Assembly (NCBI GenBank): GCA_965237525.1
Contig: CBDEFO010000008.1
Span: 768,001 to 832,000, forward strand
Source: Candidatus Latescibacterota bacterium
GTDB lineage: Bacteria; Latescibacterota; CBDEFO01
DNA length: 64,000 nucleotides
Reading direction: 5' to 3'
In this document: in pieces, positions 1 to 10,854 of the stretch
Layout: every line of letters begins with the position of its first letter
Numbering within the stretch: the stretch's first letter is position 1
The notes under the pieces: generated by a model
Told to the model about the DNA's origin: nothing
Databases searched by the model: none
The model's input: only the letters and a program-made list of their open reading frames with translations
Made by a program: the position numbers and the translations under genes

Positions 1-755
1 ATCGGGGAGTAGCTTTCTCATAAGAGGAAGTAGATTTTCGTGGCGGTGGTTGAAACGCCACTCTACCTCTTTAAGGTACAGGTGGAAGAAGCTTTTGTCA
101 ACGCCTCGATATTGATGGAGCCAGTGTTTGGCATACGACCAGAAGCCTTCCACCCCATTGAGGTGATCTTTTCCTTTAGCTATGCCCTTCTCTTTCGGCA
201 CTACCACGCGGTTGCCGCTGATAGAAAGCAAAGCGTAGGATATTCAATTATCGGTGTAATACAAGCTCCCTGGTCTGGTGTGTTGGGTAATAAGAGGCAG
301 TAGTGAGTCACGACTCCTTGAGGGGACAGCAAAGGTCAACACCTTACCCTTTCTCTGATAGATGCCAAAGACCATCTGTTTGCCTTCGGAACCCCAACCT
401 CTTTTACCAGGTCTCCTACCACCGATGAGAGTTTCATCCATGTCAAGTTCACCTTCAACGGGTTCAAACTCCTTGAAAGTGTGATGGTAGATTGCCTTTC
501 TGATGATCCTATACCAGCGTTCCATCCCCGATAGAATCAATCGGGGACCTGTCCTTGTGTATGGAACCTGATATCGCACCCCCGATTGAATCTATCGGGG
601 GGAGTAATTCGACTCTTCTCCCAGAAGGTAGTGGCCAGTTTCCTGGTCAATCCCCAATTGAGTCTATTGGGGATCAATTTACACTTACGACAACGCAACC
701 GACCAGTCTTAAGTACTCAAAATTTTCTTCCTCTGCAGCGAGGGAAATTTTTCAT
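1..755 (-). pseudogene. IS1595-family (ISXO2-like) transposase pseudogene, runs to window edge
   Basis: Minus-strand translation gives a Zn-ribbon remnant (PRC..RLRCRKC), ELDMDETLIGGRRPGKRGWG, YYTD and DHLNGVEGFWSYAKHWL..LYLKEVEWRFNHR. It has in-frame TGA stops and short palindrome insertions. Confidence 0.85.
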
Positions 756-824
756 GTCCCAAATATCGCTACAGATCAAGAAATTGTCAACGTACCAAGC
801 GCTACTTTTCTACTGATTAGCTTA

Positions 825-2345
825 AAAGCCTTGTGAAAAACCCTTAGATTCAGAAAGTAGTATAGAACAAGCATTGATAAAGCAGTTCCGATGTATTATA
901 TTATGTTATTGATAATATTATACATGGAGGAAACAATGACCCCACAAAAGCAGGAACAGACAAATCCGATGTTTCACTATTTTCAGATGGAGGATTTAGT
1001 TCCCGAGGATCATATCCTTCGTCAGATTGATGAGGCAGTTGATTTTTCATTTGTACGAGACGTTGTATCAGATTGTTATTGCCCTGACAATGGCAGACCC
1101 GGTATTGATCCTGAATTAGTTGTTCGAATGATCCTTATTGGCTATCTGTATAATTTGAGTGAGAATCGGCTCTGTCAGGAAGTGGGGATGCATGCGGCAT
1201 ATCGGTTGTTTTGTCATCAGACATTTGATGATGCGGTTCCGGATAGGAGCACGATCAACAAGCTTCGCAATCACAAGTGGGCATCCAGTGGGTTGTTTGA
1301 ACGGATAATGCGTCAGGTAGTCCAGTGTTGCATAGATGTCGGTCTTGTGAGCGGTAAACACCTTAGTGTCGACGGCACTCAGATACAAGCTGATGCTTCA
1401 GTGAAAAGTATTGAGCCGATAGAACCCCCTGTTTCTCTTGATGATTATCTCAAGGGAATCGGTTTTGAAGGTGATAAGACAAAGGGTAGGTCCGGGCATC
1501 CTCAGGATAAAGACTTTCATGGTGAAAAGTGGACGAACCAAACACACCGTTCGACTACAGACCCCGACGCGCGCTTATACAGCAAATCGAAGGGCAAAGG
1601 GGCTTTTCTCTCGTTTATGGGCCATGATCTGATCGACACAAAAAGCAGAGTAATCCTTGAGACTCAGGGCACGCAGGCGACAGGGACAGCAGAGCCCGAA
1701 AGTGCCCTTAAGATGGTAGATGACCTTGAAACATAGACCATGCCCAAAGACATTCAGACACTTAGTGCCGATACGGGTTACGGTTCTGGTAATTTTATCG
1801 CTGATGTACTTGACCGGGGAATCATACCCCATATTCCTCTGCGAGCCGATGAGAAGATTGAACCGATTCCTACGTGGAAAAACAAGACAAATTCAGCACA
1901 TATTCAGGCCGAACGGGATAGAAAAGTGCGAGAGGCGAAAGCCAGAAATCATGCACGGTCTATCTCATTAACAGCTGACTACAAACTCTCCCGGAGACTC
2001 CGTAAACGCAGTGAACATATCTTTGCTGAAGCCAGGCAACAACACGGTATGGGACGAGCCCGTTACAGAGGACCAGCCTCACTGAATGAACAGTTGAATC
2101 TTGTTGCAACAGTACAGAATCTCAAGAGGCTTGTATCTTTCATAAGAAGGGGGAAAGCGCCTATGTGTGCCCTGTCTGTCAAAGACAGTGCATCCTGTTC
2201 TTCAAACAGCTCCTATTCCTTGCTGACCAGAACTCTGATAAGACTATTTTGCTTATTCCACAGCAAAACGATACGATATGCTACTCTTTGACCCATAATC
2301 GGCGCTTCAGACGCTGCCTGGGACATAACTATTTCACAAGGCTTT
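825..2345 (+). mobile_element. IS1182-family element copy 1; transposase split by TAG at 1734-1736
   Basis: TIRs AAGCCTTGTGAAA/TTTCACAAGGCTT; ORFs 891-1736 + 1740-2291 with DUF772-like N-terminus (LVPEDHILRQID..GRPGIDPE), VDGT, ADTGY, RSEHIFAE..QNLKRL; near-identical to three other copies. Confidence 0.93.
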
Positions 2346-2401
2346 TAAATATTAACGTCAAGAAGAAACCCCTCATAACTTGTTGATTATAAGGTAATTA
2401 T

Positions 2402-2477
<76 letters not shown>

Positions 2478-2583
2478 AATCGTTCCGAGTAACTCTGATA
2501 AACTACAACCAAAATGCTGTAGCTCACAAGAAATGTCAAGGATTCGTTACAGTCGGACTCCACCCATTATCTTCTTTTTCAAG

Positions 2584-2653
2584 AAGCTCTCCGACCACTT
2601 TGCCACTTCGTGCCCTTTGCAAAAAGGGTTGGCATCGACGCACGCAGTGCCCA
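2584..2653 (-). repeat. dispersed repeat; inverted relative of 10922-11033
   Basis: 16-bp perfect match (TGGGCACTGCGTGCGT) and 29-bp match with 3 mismatches (CACGAAGTGGCRAAGTG..) to 10922-11033. Confidence 0.75.
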
Positions 2654-2672
2654 GACCACTTTCTTGGGGTTA

Positions 2673-4145
2673 TTAGTATCCCAAAAGCTCTAAAGATTTA
2701 TCGGCCAGCTTGACAAGAGGGACAAAGTAAACTCCCAACAGAACCGTAGGTATAACCAACAGAGTTAGAAGGACTGTATGCAAAGTAGATATTACCACTT
2801 TTTCGTCTGTTAGGGCATCCTCCAAGAACATAACCTTTACTATCCTTGCGTAGTAGTACAGAGAGACGACACTGTTGAGGACGCCTACGATGGCGAGCCA
2901 GTAGTATTTTCCCTTTATTACTGCGGCGAAGAGGTAAAATTTCCCCACAAATCCGCCTGTAGGTGGAAGCCCAGTAAGCGAGAAGAGGAAGATTGTCATG
3001 GCGACGGCGACAAAGGGAGATCTCCATCCAAGACCGCTGTAGCCCTTTATGTCTTCTGTATTGAGTCTTTGGGAAACAGCTATGACGACCAGAAAGGCTC
3101 CAAGATTCATAAACAGGTAGACTCCGATGTAGAACATAACGGCTTTTAGCCCATCAGGGGAGAGCATTACAACCCCCATAAGGATATATCCTGCGTGCGC
3201 TATACTTGAGTAGGCAAGAAGCCTCTTTAAGTTGTCCTGCCAGATAGCCACAAGATTGCCGAGCGTCATTGTGGCAGCGGATATTATGGCAAGGAGATAG
3301 GGCCAGTCTATCTGCGGCATCCATTCTGATGTGGATACACCGGAGTAGAAGAATCTGGAGAGCATCGCAAATCCTGCAGCCTTGGGAACGATTGAAAAAT
3401 AGGCTGTTACAGGTGTGGGAGCTCCTTCATAGACGTCGGGAGTCCAAAAGTGGAAGGGCACTGAGGCTATCTTGTATCCGAGTCCGGCCATTATGAGGAT
3501 GATGGATACCACAAGCGTCAAATCGTAATGTTGTGACTGACTTATGCTCTGGCTTATCTGATAAATATTAATTGAACCCGTAGCCCCGTAGAGCAGAGAC
3601 ATACCGTAAATCATTGCTCCCGAGGATACGCCTCCGTAGATTGAGTATTTAAGCCCGGCCTCTGAGGAGCGTCGGTCGTTTTTGAGGAAGCAAGCAAGCA
3701 CATATGAGGGAATGCTGACAAGTTCAAGCGCAAGGTACATCATCAAGAGATTGGTCGCGGAGGCCATCATAAAACCACCGAGGACAATCCCCAGCAAAAG
3801 AGCATAATACTCACCGGAGCGTTCTTCTGGCACCTCAGGAGACGTAATGGAAAAGAGCGTTATTATTATGGTGGCAAGGCAAAAGACAGCCTTAAAAAAG
3901 AGGGAAAATGGATCGAGTGCCATCATTCCGGCAAAGAGAGGACGACTCTCCTCAGAGTAGAGCAGACCGATCAAAATAAGGGCTATGGTAAGCCCTATCG
4001 TGGAGACAATTGCCACGGGGGCCTGCCTACCCCTTTTAAGGAGCAGGTCCGTTATTATCACAGCAAGAAGCGTGAGTACGACGACGATCTCAGGATAGAT
4101 ATATTTGAGACTGTCTATGTTACTTCTGATAATTTCTTCTAACAC
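2673..4145 (-). CDS. nuoN: NADH-quinone oxidoreductase subunit N (start uncertain; GTG 4145 preferred over TTG 4208)
   Basis: SSEAGLKY, GLGYKIASVPFHFWTPDVYEGAPTP, KRLLAYSSIAHAGY; last gene of nuo cluster. Confidence 0.95.
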   Translation of the reverse strand: MLEEIIRSNIDSLKYIYPEIVVVLTLLAVIITDLLLKRGRQAPVAIVSTIGLTIALILIGLLYSEESRPLFAGMMALDPFSLFFKAVFCLATIIITLFSITSPEVPEERSGEYYALLLGIVLGGFMMASATNLLMMYLALELVSIPSYVLACFLKNDRRSSEAGLKYSIYGGVSSGAMIYGMSLLYGATGSINIYQISQSISQSQHYDLTLVVSIILIMAGLGYKIASVPFHFWTPDVYEGAPTPVTAYFSIVPKAAGFAMLSRFFYSGVSTSEWMPQIDWPYLLAIISAATMTLGNLVAIWQDNLKRLLAYSSIAHAGYILMGVVMLSPDGLKAVMFYIGVYLFMNLGAFLVVIAVSQRLNTEDIKGYSGLGWRSPFVAVAMTIFLFSLTGLPPTGGFVGKFYLFAAVIKGKYYWLAIVGVLNSVVSLYYYARIVKVMFLEDALTDEKVVISTLHTVLLTLLVIPTVLLGVYFVPLVKLADKSLELLGY

Positions 4146-4285
4146 GAAGCTCTCACTTTCGAAGTAGACAGTAGCTAACGCGCATCCTTTGCCCTTTGTT
4201 TTTCCCAAATGGGTGAACGCACAGGTTGGTCTCTATATACGTTCACTGTTTTATAGGCAACGGAGACGGTGGCAAGTCTACCTTT

Positions 4286-5755
4286 TCAGGGTGCGACCAT
4301 ACTTATAATATTGTTCAAAGACGTGCTCATAAGGTTCAGAATCGGCATCGGATAGACGCCGAGGAATATGACTATAGCCCCTAAGGGAGCCAAGCTGAAG
4401 ATCTCCCTTTTGCTTATTTCGGGGAGGTCTTCATATTTAGGATTCAAAGGTCCCAGAAACATTCTCTGAAGCGTCCAGAGGAAATATCCTGCCGTCAGGA
4501 CTACTCCGAGAGTAGGTATTATCACTATCCATCTGTGGTCGGTCCAAAACGTCTGAAACGCCCCCAAGAAGCACATAATCTCGCTTATGAAGCTGGAAAG
4601 TCCCGGAAGACCCAGCGATGCGAAGAAGGTCAAAGCTGTGATGCCCGTGTAGATGGGCATCCTGGAGCCGAGACCCCCGAAGCCGTCTATATCTCTGTGA
4701 TGAGCCCTGTCGTAGATGACGCCGACGAGCAAGAAGAGCATGGCCGTAGTAGTGCCGTGATTGAACATCTGAAGGACGGCTCCGTTTATCCCGGCCGAGG
4801 TCAAGGAAGCGGCACCCAGGAGTACAAATCCCATATGGCTTATGCTCGAATATGCCACCAACTTCTTGAGATCCGTTTGTGCCATCGCACACAGCGCCCC
4901 ATAGATTATGTTTATGACTCCGAGTATAGCTAGTGGAATTGCGAAGTACTTAGTAGCGTCTGGGAGCATCTGAAAGTTAAAGCGCAGGATGCCGTAAGTC
5001 CCCATCTTCAAAAGGACGCCAGCTAAAATGACGCTTACGGCCGTCGGGGCCTCCACGTGCGCATCGGGGAGCCACGTATGGAAAGGAAATATCGGAACCT
5101 TGATGGCAAAACCGATAAACATAGCGACATAGACCGCAATCTGGAACGTGAAGCCGTATCTGTGGGTCATGAGTGCCGTCATATCGAACGTGTGAGGCTC
5201 CGTCGTGAAGTAGAACGCCAGCATCGCCAACAAGAGAACGACGCTCCCTAAAAGGGTGAAGAGGAAAAACTTGATGGCCGCATATTCGCGCCGCGGGCCG
5301 CCCCATATCCCTATGAGAAAGTACATCGGCAGGAGCATTACCTCCCAGAATACGTAGAACAAAAAGAAGTCCAGAGAACAGAATACGCCCTGCATCCCGG
5401 TCTCCAAGAGCAGAAAGAGCGCGAAGTAGCCCTTTATACCTCTGTCTATAGTCCACGATGCGGGGATGCATAGGAAGGATAAAAGGGCGGTCAGAAGGAC
5501 CATCGTGACTGAGAGTCCATCTATCCCTAGAAAATATTCTATATTGAAGGATTCGATCCAGCTATGACGCTCGACAAACTGCATTTCAGTTGTGCTTCGG
5601 TCAAACGAATTGTATAGATTGAAAGCAAGGAGGACGCATGCCGCTGTGGCTATGAGGGCTACGATCTTAATGGCCCTTTCGTTTTGCTTAGGGATCAGCA
5701 GGATTATCAAAGCTCCCAGAAGCGGGATGAATACTATAGGTGTAAGTATCGGCAT
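4286..5755 (-). CDS. nuoM: NADH-quinone oxidoreductase subunit M
   Basis: FYVFWEVMLLPMY, FAIKVPIFPFHTWLPDAHVEAPT, LLKMGTYG, AYSSISHMG. Confidence 0.97.
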   Translation of the reverse strand: MPILTPIVFIPLLGALIILLIPKQNERAIKIVALIATAACVLLAFNLYNSFDRSTTEMQFVERHSWIESFNIEYFLGIDGLSVTMVLLTALLSFLCIPASWTIDRGIKGYFALFLLLETGMQGVFCSLDFFLFYVFWEVMLLPMYFLIGIWGGPRREYAAIKFFLFTLLGSVVLLLAMLAFYFTTEPHTFDMTALMTHRYGFTFQIAVYVAMFIGFAIKVPIFPFHTWLPDAHVEAPTAVSVILAGVLLKMGTYGILRFNFQMLPDATKYFAIPLAILGVINIIYGALCAMAQTDLKKLVAYSSISHMGFVLLGAASLTSAGINGAVLQMFNHGTTTAMLFLLVGVIYDRAHHRDIDGFGGLGSRMPIYTGITALTFFASLGLPGLSSFISEIMCFLGAFQTFWTDHRWIVIIPTLGVVLTAGYFLWTLQRMFLGPLNPKYEDLPEISKREIFSLAPLGAIVIFLGVYPMPILNLMSTSLNNIISMVAP

Positions 5756-5795
5756 CAGCTAATTTTCCTCCTGAGTTTGGGTATATAGTTTGCAG

Positions 5796-7817
5796 TTACT
5801 TTTCTATAGCAACCCTTATCAAAAATATAATAATCGCTCCCACAAGAGCGAACATAATATACGTCTGTACCCTTCCTGTCTGTATCTTTCTGAAGATAGA
5901 TCCTGCCCCTATTACAGCTCCTGCAGTCTGGTTGACGAGTCCGTCTATAACTATATTGTCGAAGCGTCCCTCAAGGAATGAAATGAACGTGGTGATGCGG
6001 GCGGCTCCGTTGACGACGCCGTCGATGACCTTCTGGTCGAACCATCCTAAAAACGATCTGATGGCAAGTGTGGGTCGGATGACTATAAAGTGATAAAGTT
6101 CGTCGAAGTACCATTTGTTATATATGAGTCTATAGGTGAAGCTGAATCTGTCAGCCCAAGCGTCCGCCGAGATTCTTCCCTTGTAGTAGGTCAGATACGA
6201 AAGATATATGCCCCCTGCTGCTATAAGGAGGGAGAGCATCAGGGCGGGAATGTGCGCAGGGTCGTGGGCTTCCGATGAGGCGAGGACATAGCCTGTGTCC
6301 ACTGTTCCCACAGCTTGGTGGACGCTCGATGCGGGCTTATGGATTATATCATAGAACCAGCCAGATGTGGAGAAGGGGTTGAAGTTAAATGTGTAGAAAA
6401 AGAAAAAGGTCAAAACCGAAAGGACTACCAAAGGTATCGTCATCGACTTTGGAGATTCGTGTGCATGCTCATATTTTTCTCTGTCTCTGGGTTGACCGTA
6501 GAAGGTCATAAATATCAGTCTGAACATATAGAATGCCGTCATTCCGGCGGTGATAAATCCTAATAGCGGCAACAGCATGTGCCGGGGTTGCTCGAAGAAG
6601 CCGAATCCCAAACTTCCCGCAAGGATGGCGTCTTTGCTTAAAAACCCCGATGTCAAAGGGACGCCGGAAATTGCTAACGTGGCGATGAGCATCGTCCAAA
6701 AAGTTATGGGCATCTTATCTTTTAGCCCGCCCATTTCTCTCATATCCTGCGTGCCGAGGGCGTGGATGACAGAGCCTGAACAGAGGAAGAGGCATGCCTT
6801 AAATGCCGCGTGTGTCACCAGGTGAAAGAAGCCTGCTACATATGCTCCGACGCCGAGTCCGAGCATCATATATCCGAGTTGACTTATGGTAGAATAGGCA
6901 AGGACGCGCTTTATGTCGTTTTGGGCTATTGCTATGGTCGCGCCGAGGAAGGCTGTTATGACTCCTGTATATGCGATGAACGTGAGTGCATCGGGTGAGA
7001 GGAAAGGAAAGACCCTGACCACAAGATAGACGCCTGCTGCGACCATCGTTGCGGCGTGTATAAGCGCACTAACGGGAGTGGGGCCTTCCATTGCATCGGG
7101 CAACCACACATGGAGAGGAAACTGCGCGGATTTTCCGACTGCTCCGAAGAAGATGCAAATACCAGCAACGGTCAAAAGCGTTCCGCTGAGTTCTCCCTGC
7201 GCCACGCTGTCGAATACGCCCTGATAGCCGAATTTACCGATCTGACTGAAGATTATCATTATCCCTATGAACATCCCCACGTCGCCTATCCTTGTAACGA
7301 TAAAGGCTTTCTTGCCGGCGGCGGCGGCGGCAGGGCGTTCGAACCAGAAGCCGATCAAGAGATATGAGGTAAGCCCCACAAGCTCCCAGAAGCAGTATAA
7401 GAAAAGAAAATTATCAGAGAGCACAAGCCCTAACATCGAAAAAGAGAATAGAGCCAAATATGCGAAAAAGCGCGGGTACAGCGGATCATCGTGCATGTAG
7501 CCTATAGAGTAGAGGTGCACAAGCGCGCTGACTAAGGTGACGACCATTAACATCAGGGCTGTGACGTTGTCCAAGAGGATGCCCCCTTCAACTCTGAAGT
7601 CGCCGATATCGATCCACATAAAGGAAAAGGTCTCTTTATAGTCGGGATCGTACGCCGCTAACACTTTGGCCAAGATTACTACGGAGAGTCCCAGAGAAAG
7701 AAACATAGCCCCAGTGGGGAGCCAGTCTCCCCCTCTTGGGAGTCTTTTGCCCACAAATATCTGTATGGCAAAGGCCAAGAGAGGTAAAAGGAGTATGATA
7801 TAGGCTAATGTGATCAT
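5796..7817 (-). CDS. nuoL: NADH-quinone oxidoreductase subunit L
   Basis: GKSAQFPLHVWLPDAMEGPTPVSALIHAATMV, KRVLAYSTISQLGYM, HAAFKACLFL. Confidence 0.97.
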   Translation of the reverse strand: MITLAYIILLLPLLAFAIQIFVGKRLPRGGDWLPTGAMFLSLGLSVVILAKVLAAYDPDYKETFSFMWIDIGDFRVEGGILLDNVTALMLMVVTLVSALVHLYSIGYMHDDPLYPRFFAYLALFSFSMLGLVLSDNFLFLYCFWELVGLTSYLLIGFWFERPAAAAAGKKAFIVTRIGDVGMFIGIMIIFSQIGKFGYQGVFDSVAQGELSGTLLTVAGICIFFGAVGKSAQFPLHVWLPDAMEGPTPVSALIHAATMVAAGVYLVVRVFPFLSPDALTFIAYTGVITAFLGATIAIAQNDIKRVLAYSTISQLGYMMLGLGVGAYVAGFFHLVTHAAFKACLFLCSGSVIHALGTQDMREMGGLKDKMPITFWTMLIATLAISGVPLTSGFLSKDAILAGSLGFGFFEQPRHMLLPLLGFITAGMTAFYMFRLIFMTFYGQPRDREKYEHAHESPKSMTIPLVVLSVLTFFFFYTFNFNPFSTSGWFYDIIHKPASSVHQAVGTVDTGYVLASSEAHDPAHIPALMLSLLIAAGGIYLSYLTYYKGRISADAWADRFSFTYRLIYNKWYFDELYHFIVIRPTLAIRSFLGWFDQKVIDGVVNGAARITTFISFLEGRFDNIVIDGLVNQTAGAVIGAGSIFRKIQTGRVQTYIMFALVGAIIIFLIRVAIEK

Positions 7818-7912
7818 TGTGTATTTCCTACTATCTTCTCCATCAGTTCTCGAATCTTGCTAATGAATCAGACCAAGCGTGTGGCAGACTACGGATCTCC
7901 TTTTTACGGACC

Positions 7913-8216
7913 TCAATACACTTCTTCATGAGTCCCAACTGCCTCTAACAGAATTGCTTCAGATCCTTCATGTTGTACGAACTCAAATACCTTCTCAAAT
8001 CGTAACTTACACTACACGCCCAAGAGCCTTCAAGGTTGCCCTTGAGCTTATGAGTCTTCAATCGGGGATAAAAGATCCAAGCAATCGGGGATGAAAAGCA
8101 TCCTCGGATAAAAACTCCAAGGCAGCTTGAATATCCTTGGCAACATGAGGATTTTCTTTGACCACCCGCTTTGCCGCCCGAACAAAAGAACTGCACTGCA
8201 GCAGTAGCCGCTTCAC
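7913..8216 (-). pseudogene. RelE/YafQ-family toxin, frameshifted twice
   Basis: GTG start overlaps the antitoxin stop. Pieces MKRLLLQCSSFVRAAKR..DAFHPRL, KTHKLKGNLEGSWACSVSYDLR and FEFVQHEGSEAILLEAVGTHEEVY lie in different frames. Confidence 0.8.
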
Positions 8217-8428
8217 GACAATATTTCCTTCATTATCTCACTTGGCGTTGCCGGTTGGCAACGTCCTTCTTGGAATTCCTTTCTAGCATGCCGAATGTCT
8301 TCAGCCAGTTCTGTTCTTCGGCGTTCTATCATACGTCGGTGCAAAATATCAATCAACGTCTCTTGTTCTTCCAGAGACAACTTATCAAGAGCCTCTAGTA
8401 CTTCTCCAAAAGATGTCACATTCTGCAT
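8213..8428 (-). CDS. putative type II antitoxin (71 aa)
   Basis: ATG 8428 preceded by GGAG; LDKLSLEEQETLIDIL..TPSEIMKEILS; directly upstream of and overlapping a RelE-like toxin. Confidence 0.75.
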   Translation of the reverse strand: MQNVTSFGEVLEALDKLSLEEQETLIDILHRRMIERRRTELAEDIRHARKEFQEGRCQPATPSEIMKEILS

Positions 8429-8484
8429 GTCTGTTACTCCTTTGATAAGCAAGGCAAACCTTACGGAGTCAACGACCGACCAAG

Positions 8485-8790
8485 TTATCGTTTTAGGGCG
8501 TCCGCCTCGTCTACATCTATAATGTGGAAGCTCCTGTATATGTTCAGCACAATCGCTAATGCTACTGCGGCTTCGGCGGCGGCCAATGTGATCACGAAGA
8601 TCGCCACCACCTGCCCTTCGAGTCCCTGCGCGGTATAGCGAGCAAAAGCTACAAAATTTATATTGGCAGAGTTTAAGATAAGCTCTATCCCCATAAGGAT
8701 GCTTACGGCATTCCTTCTGGTTATTACGCCGAAGGCTCCAAGGCAAAAGAGAATTGCGCTCACTACAAGGTAGTGTTCCAAAGTTATCAT
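8485..8790 (-). CDS. nuoK: NADH-quinone oxidoreductase subunit K
   Basis: RRNAVSILMGIELILNSANINF, AAAEAAVALAI. Confidence 0.97.
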   Translation of the reverse strand: MITLEHYLVVSAILFCLGAFGVITRRNAVSILMGIELILNSANINFVAFARYTAQGLEGQVVAIFVITLAAAEAAVALAIVLNIYRSFHIIDVDEADALKR

Positions 8791-9302
8791 CTTTTCCCTC
8801 CCTCGCCTTTTTCTCTTCGCGCTATAAGTGCAGCCCCCATAAGTGCGATCAACAAAAGAACCGAGGCTACTTCAAACGGGAGTAGGAAGTCCGTCATAAG
8901 CAAGTTTCCGATCTGTGACGTCGTAGAGGTTATCCCCTTTTCGACGGTAGGCACCCAGGAATCTTTGTTGAAGATAACTGTCAGTAGCATGGCAAAGACG
9001 AAGATTACCACTAACATTCCAGGTAGAAAATTGATCCTCTGCTGTCTGATCTGGACGTCGTACACCCTGTGGGTCATCATAACTCCGAATAAAAGGAGGA
9101 CCAGTATGCCTCCTACGTAGATTATGACCTGTGTGGCGGCGAGGAAGTCAGCGGAAAGTAAGATGTAGAGTCCTGCAACTCCGAAGAAGGTAAAGAGGAG
9201 GGCGAAAGCTGAATAGACTATCCTTTTTGAAAAGACTACGACGGCCCCCGAACCGACGGTTATGAAAGCGAAGATGCAGAATATTATATCTGAGGCGGTC
9301 AT
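8787..9302 (-). CDS. nuoJ: NADH-quinone oxidoreductase subunit J
   Basis: ADFLAATQVIIYVGGILVLLLFGVM, LLPFEVASVLLL; start MTASD at 9302. Confidence 0.95.
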   Translation of the reverse strand: MTASDIIFCIFAFITVGSGAVVVFSKRIVYSAFALLFTFFGVAGLYILLSADFLAATQVIIYVGGILVLLLFGVMMTHRVYDVQIRQQRINFLPGMLVVIFVFAMLLTVIFNKDSWVPTVEKGITSTTSQIGNLLMTDFLLPFEVASVLLLIALMGAALIARREKGEGGKR

Positions 9303-9303
9303 C

Positions 9304-10407
9304 TCATCCTTGTACTTTATCAAACAAGTCGAAGATGTACATCCATAATCCTACTCCAATTATATTGGCAAACGAAAATGGCGTAAGGACTTTCCATCCA
9401 ATGTACATAAGTTGATCTACTCTGAGTCTGGGGAGTGTCCACCTAATCCACATCTGCACAAAGACAAGGAAGGTGGCTTTGCCCACAAACCAGATGGCGC
9501 CGTCTGCGATTGGGGTGCCTCCCCAGGGCGCTTGCCATCCTCCCAAAAAGATCGTGGTCGCTATGGCGCTGACGGCGAACATGTTTGCGTATTCGGCTAT
9601 AAAAAAGAAGGAAAATCTCATTCCGCTGTATTCCGTGTGGTATCCTGCTACCAATTCCGACTCGGCTTCAGGGATGTCAAAAGGGGTCCGGTTGACCTCA
9701 GAAAGCGAGGCCACAAAGTATATGAAGAAGGCCAAAAAAGTGAACGGGTTCCTGAAGATGAACCAGTTCAAAAATCCGCCACTCTGGTCTTTGACTATGT
9801 CCTGCATACTCAAGCTTCCGACTATCATTATGACGGATAAAAGGGCAAGCGCAACGGGTATTTCGTAACTTACTACCTGGGCGGCAGAGCGCATAGCCCC
9901 CAAAAGCGACCACTTGTTGTTAGACGACCAACCTGCCATTACAACCCCAATAACCACCAGGGAGGATATCGCAAGGATATAAAAGATCCCTATGTTCAGA
10001 TCCCGAACTATCAATCTATCCCCGAAGGGAACGGCCACAAAGACCGCGAACGAGCCGACAAATACGACAAGAGGAGCTAAGGTGAAGAGCTTTCTGTCCG
10101 CCATAGCCGGGATGATGTCCTCTTTCAAAAAGAGTTTAATCCCGTCAGCGATAGTCTGCGCCCAACCGTGCCATCCCCCGACCCTCATGGGTCCGAGTCT
10201 GTCCTGCATATGGGCTGAGACCTTGCGCTCCAGCCAGATAGCAAATAGGGCAAAGACCGAGATAAATCCCAAAACGGCGGCGCATCCGACCAGAGTAAGC
10301 CCTAGATACACCCAATCCTGCAGAGTAAGCCCCAGATACACCCAATCCCGGGAAAGTTGGGATAAAGGGGATACTAAGTCGATGACCGTGTCTACAAAGG
10401 ATTCCAT
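9304..10407 (-). CDS. nuoH: NADH-quinone oxidoreductase subunit H
   Basis: [49 protein letters not shown]. Confidence 0.97.
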   Translation of the reverse strand: MESFVDTVIDLVSPLSQLSRDWVYLGLTLQDWVYLGLTLVGCAAVLGFISVFALFAIWLERKVSAHMQDRLGPMRVGGWHGWAQTIADGIKLFLKEDIIPAMADRKLFTLAPLVVFVGSFAVFVAVPFGDRLIVRDLNIGIFYILAISSLVVIGVVMAGWSSNNKWSLLGAMRSAAQVVSYEIPVALALLSVIMIVGSLSMQDIVKDQSGGFLNWFIFRNPFTFLAFFIYFVASLSEVNRTPFDIPEAESELVAGYHTEYSGMRFSFFFIAEYANMFAVSAIATTIFLGGWQAPWGGTPIADGAIWFVGKATFLVFVQMWIRWTLPRLRVDQLMYIGWKVLTPFSFANIIGVGLWMYIFDLFDKVQG

Positions 10408-10470
10408 ATTTGTCTACATTAGTAAACGGTAAAGGGATAGGAAGTGTCGCCTCTTTCTACTGCCCACTGT

Positions 10471-10854
10471 CTACTTGTTTCCATAAGGCGACTGAGGCTT
10501 GACCCATTCAAGGTCACCTTTCTTCCAGACATAGGCAAGCCCTACAAGGAGTATAGATACAAAGATCATCATCTCAACCAGGGCGAAAAAGCCCAGACTC
10601 TTGTAGACCACAGCCCAGGGGAAGAGAAAGACGATCTCTACGTCGAATATTATGAAGATCAAAGCTATAATGTAAAACCTTATGTTGAACTGTATCCAGG
10701 CTCCGCCCTCAGGTTCCTCGCCGCACTCGTAGGGCGTCAGCTTTTCAGGTGTCGGATCATTGGCGCGGAAGATTCTGGCTAAAGTCAGACTTACCAAAAT
10801 AAAGAGTGTCCCGACCGTAAGGAAGATAAGTACACCTGCATAATCTGTGAGCAT
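10471..10854 (-). CDS. nuoA: NADH-quinone oxidoreductase subunit A
   Basis: KLTPYECGEEP, FIIFDVEIVFLFPWA, WKKGDLEW. Confidence 0.97.
   Translation of the reverse strand: MLTDYAGVLIFLTVGTLFILVSLTLARIFRANDPTPEKLTPYECGEEPEGGAWIQFNIRFYIIALIFIIFDVEIVFLFPWAVVYKSLGFFALVEMMIFVSILLVGLAYVWKKGDLEWVKPQSPYGNK

Noticed and set aside
244..720. TGA at two likely Trp positions in the IS1595 remnant suggesting an alternative genetic code
   Set aside because: TGA ends intact genes here (e.g. nuoM, nuoH, MFP); TGG-to-TGA mutation in a dead element suffices
1734..1736. Programmed TAG readthrough or pyrrolysine in the IS1182 transposase
   Set aside because: Copies 2 and 4 have TAC here and no pyl genes are visible; a simple nonsense allele explains it
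8213..8746. 177-aa ORF from the track
   Set aside because: 5' part is an alternative frame of nuoK; only 8213-8428 looks like a gene
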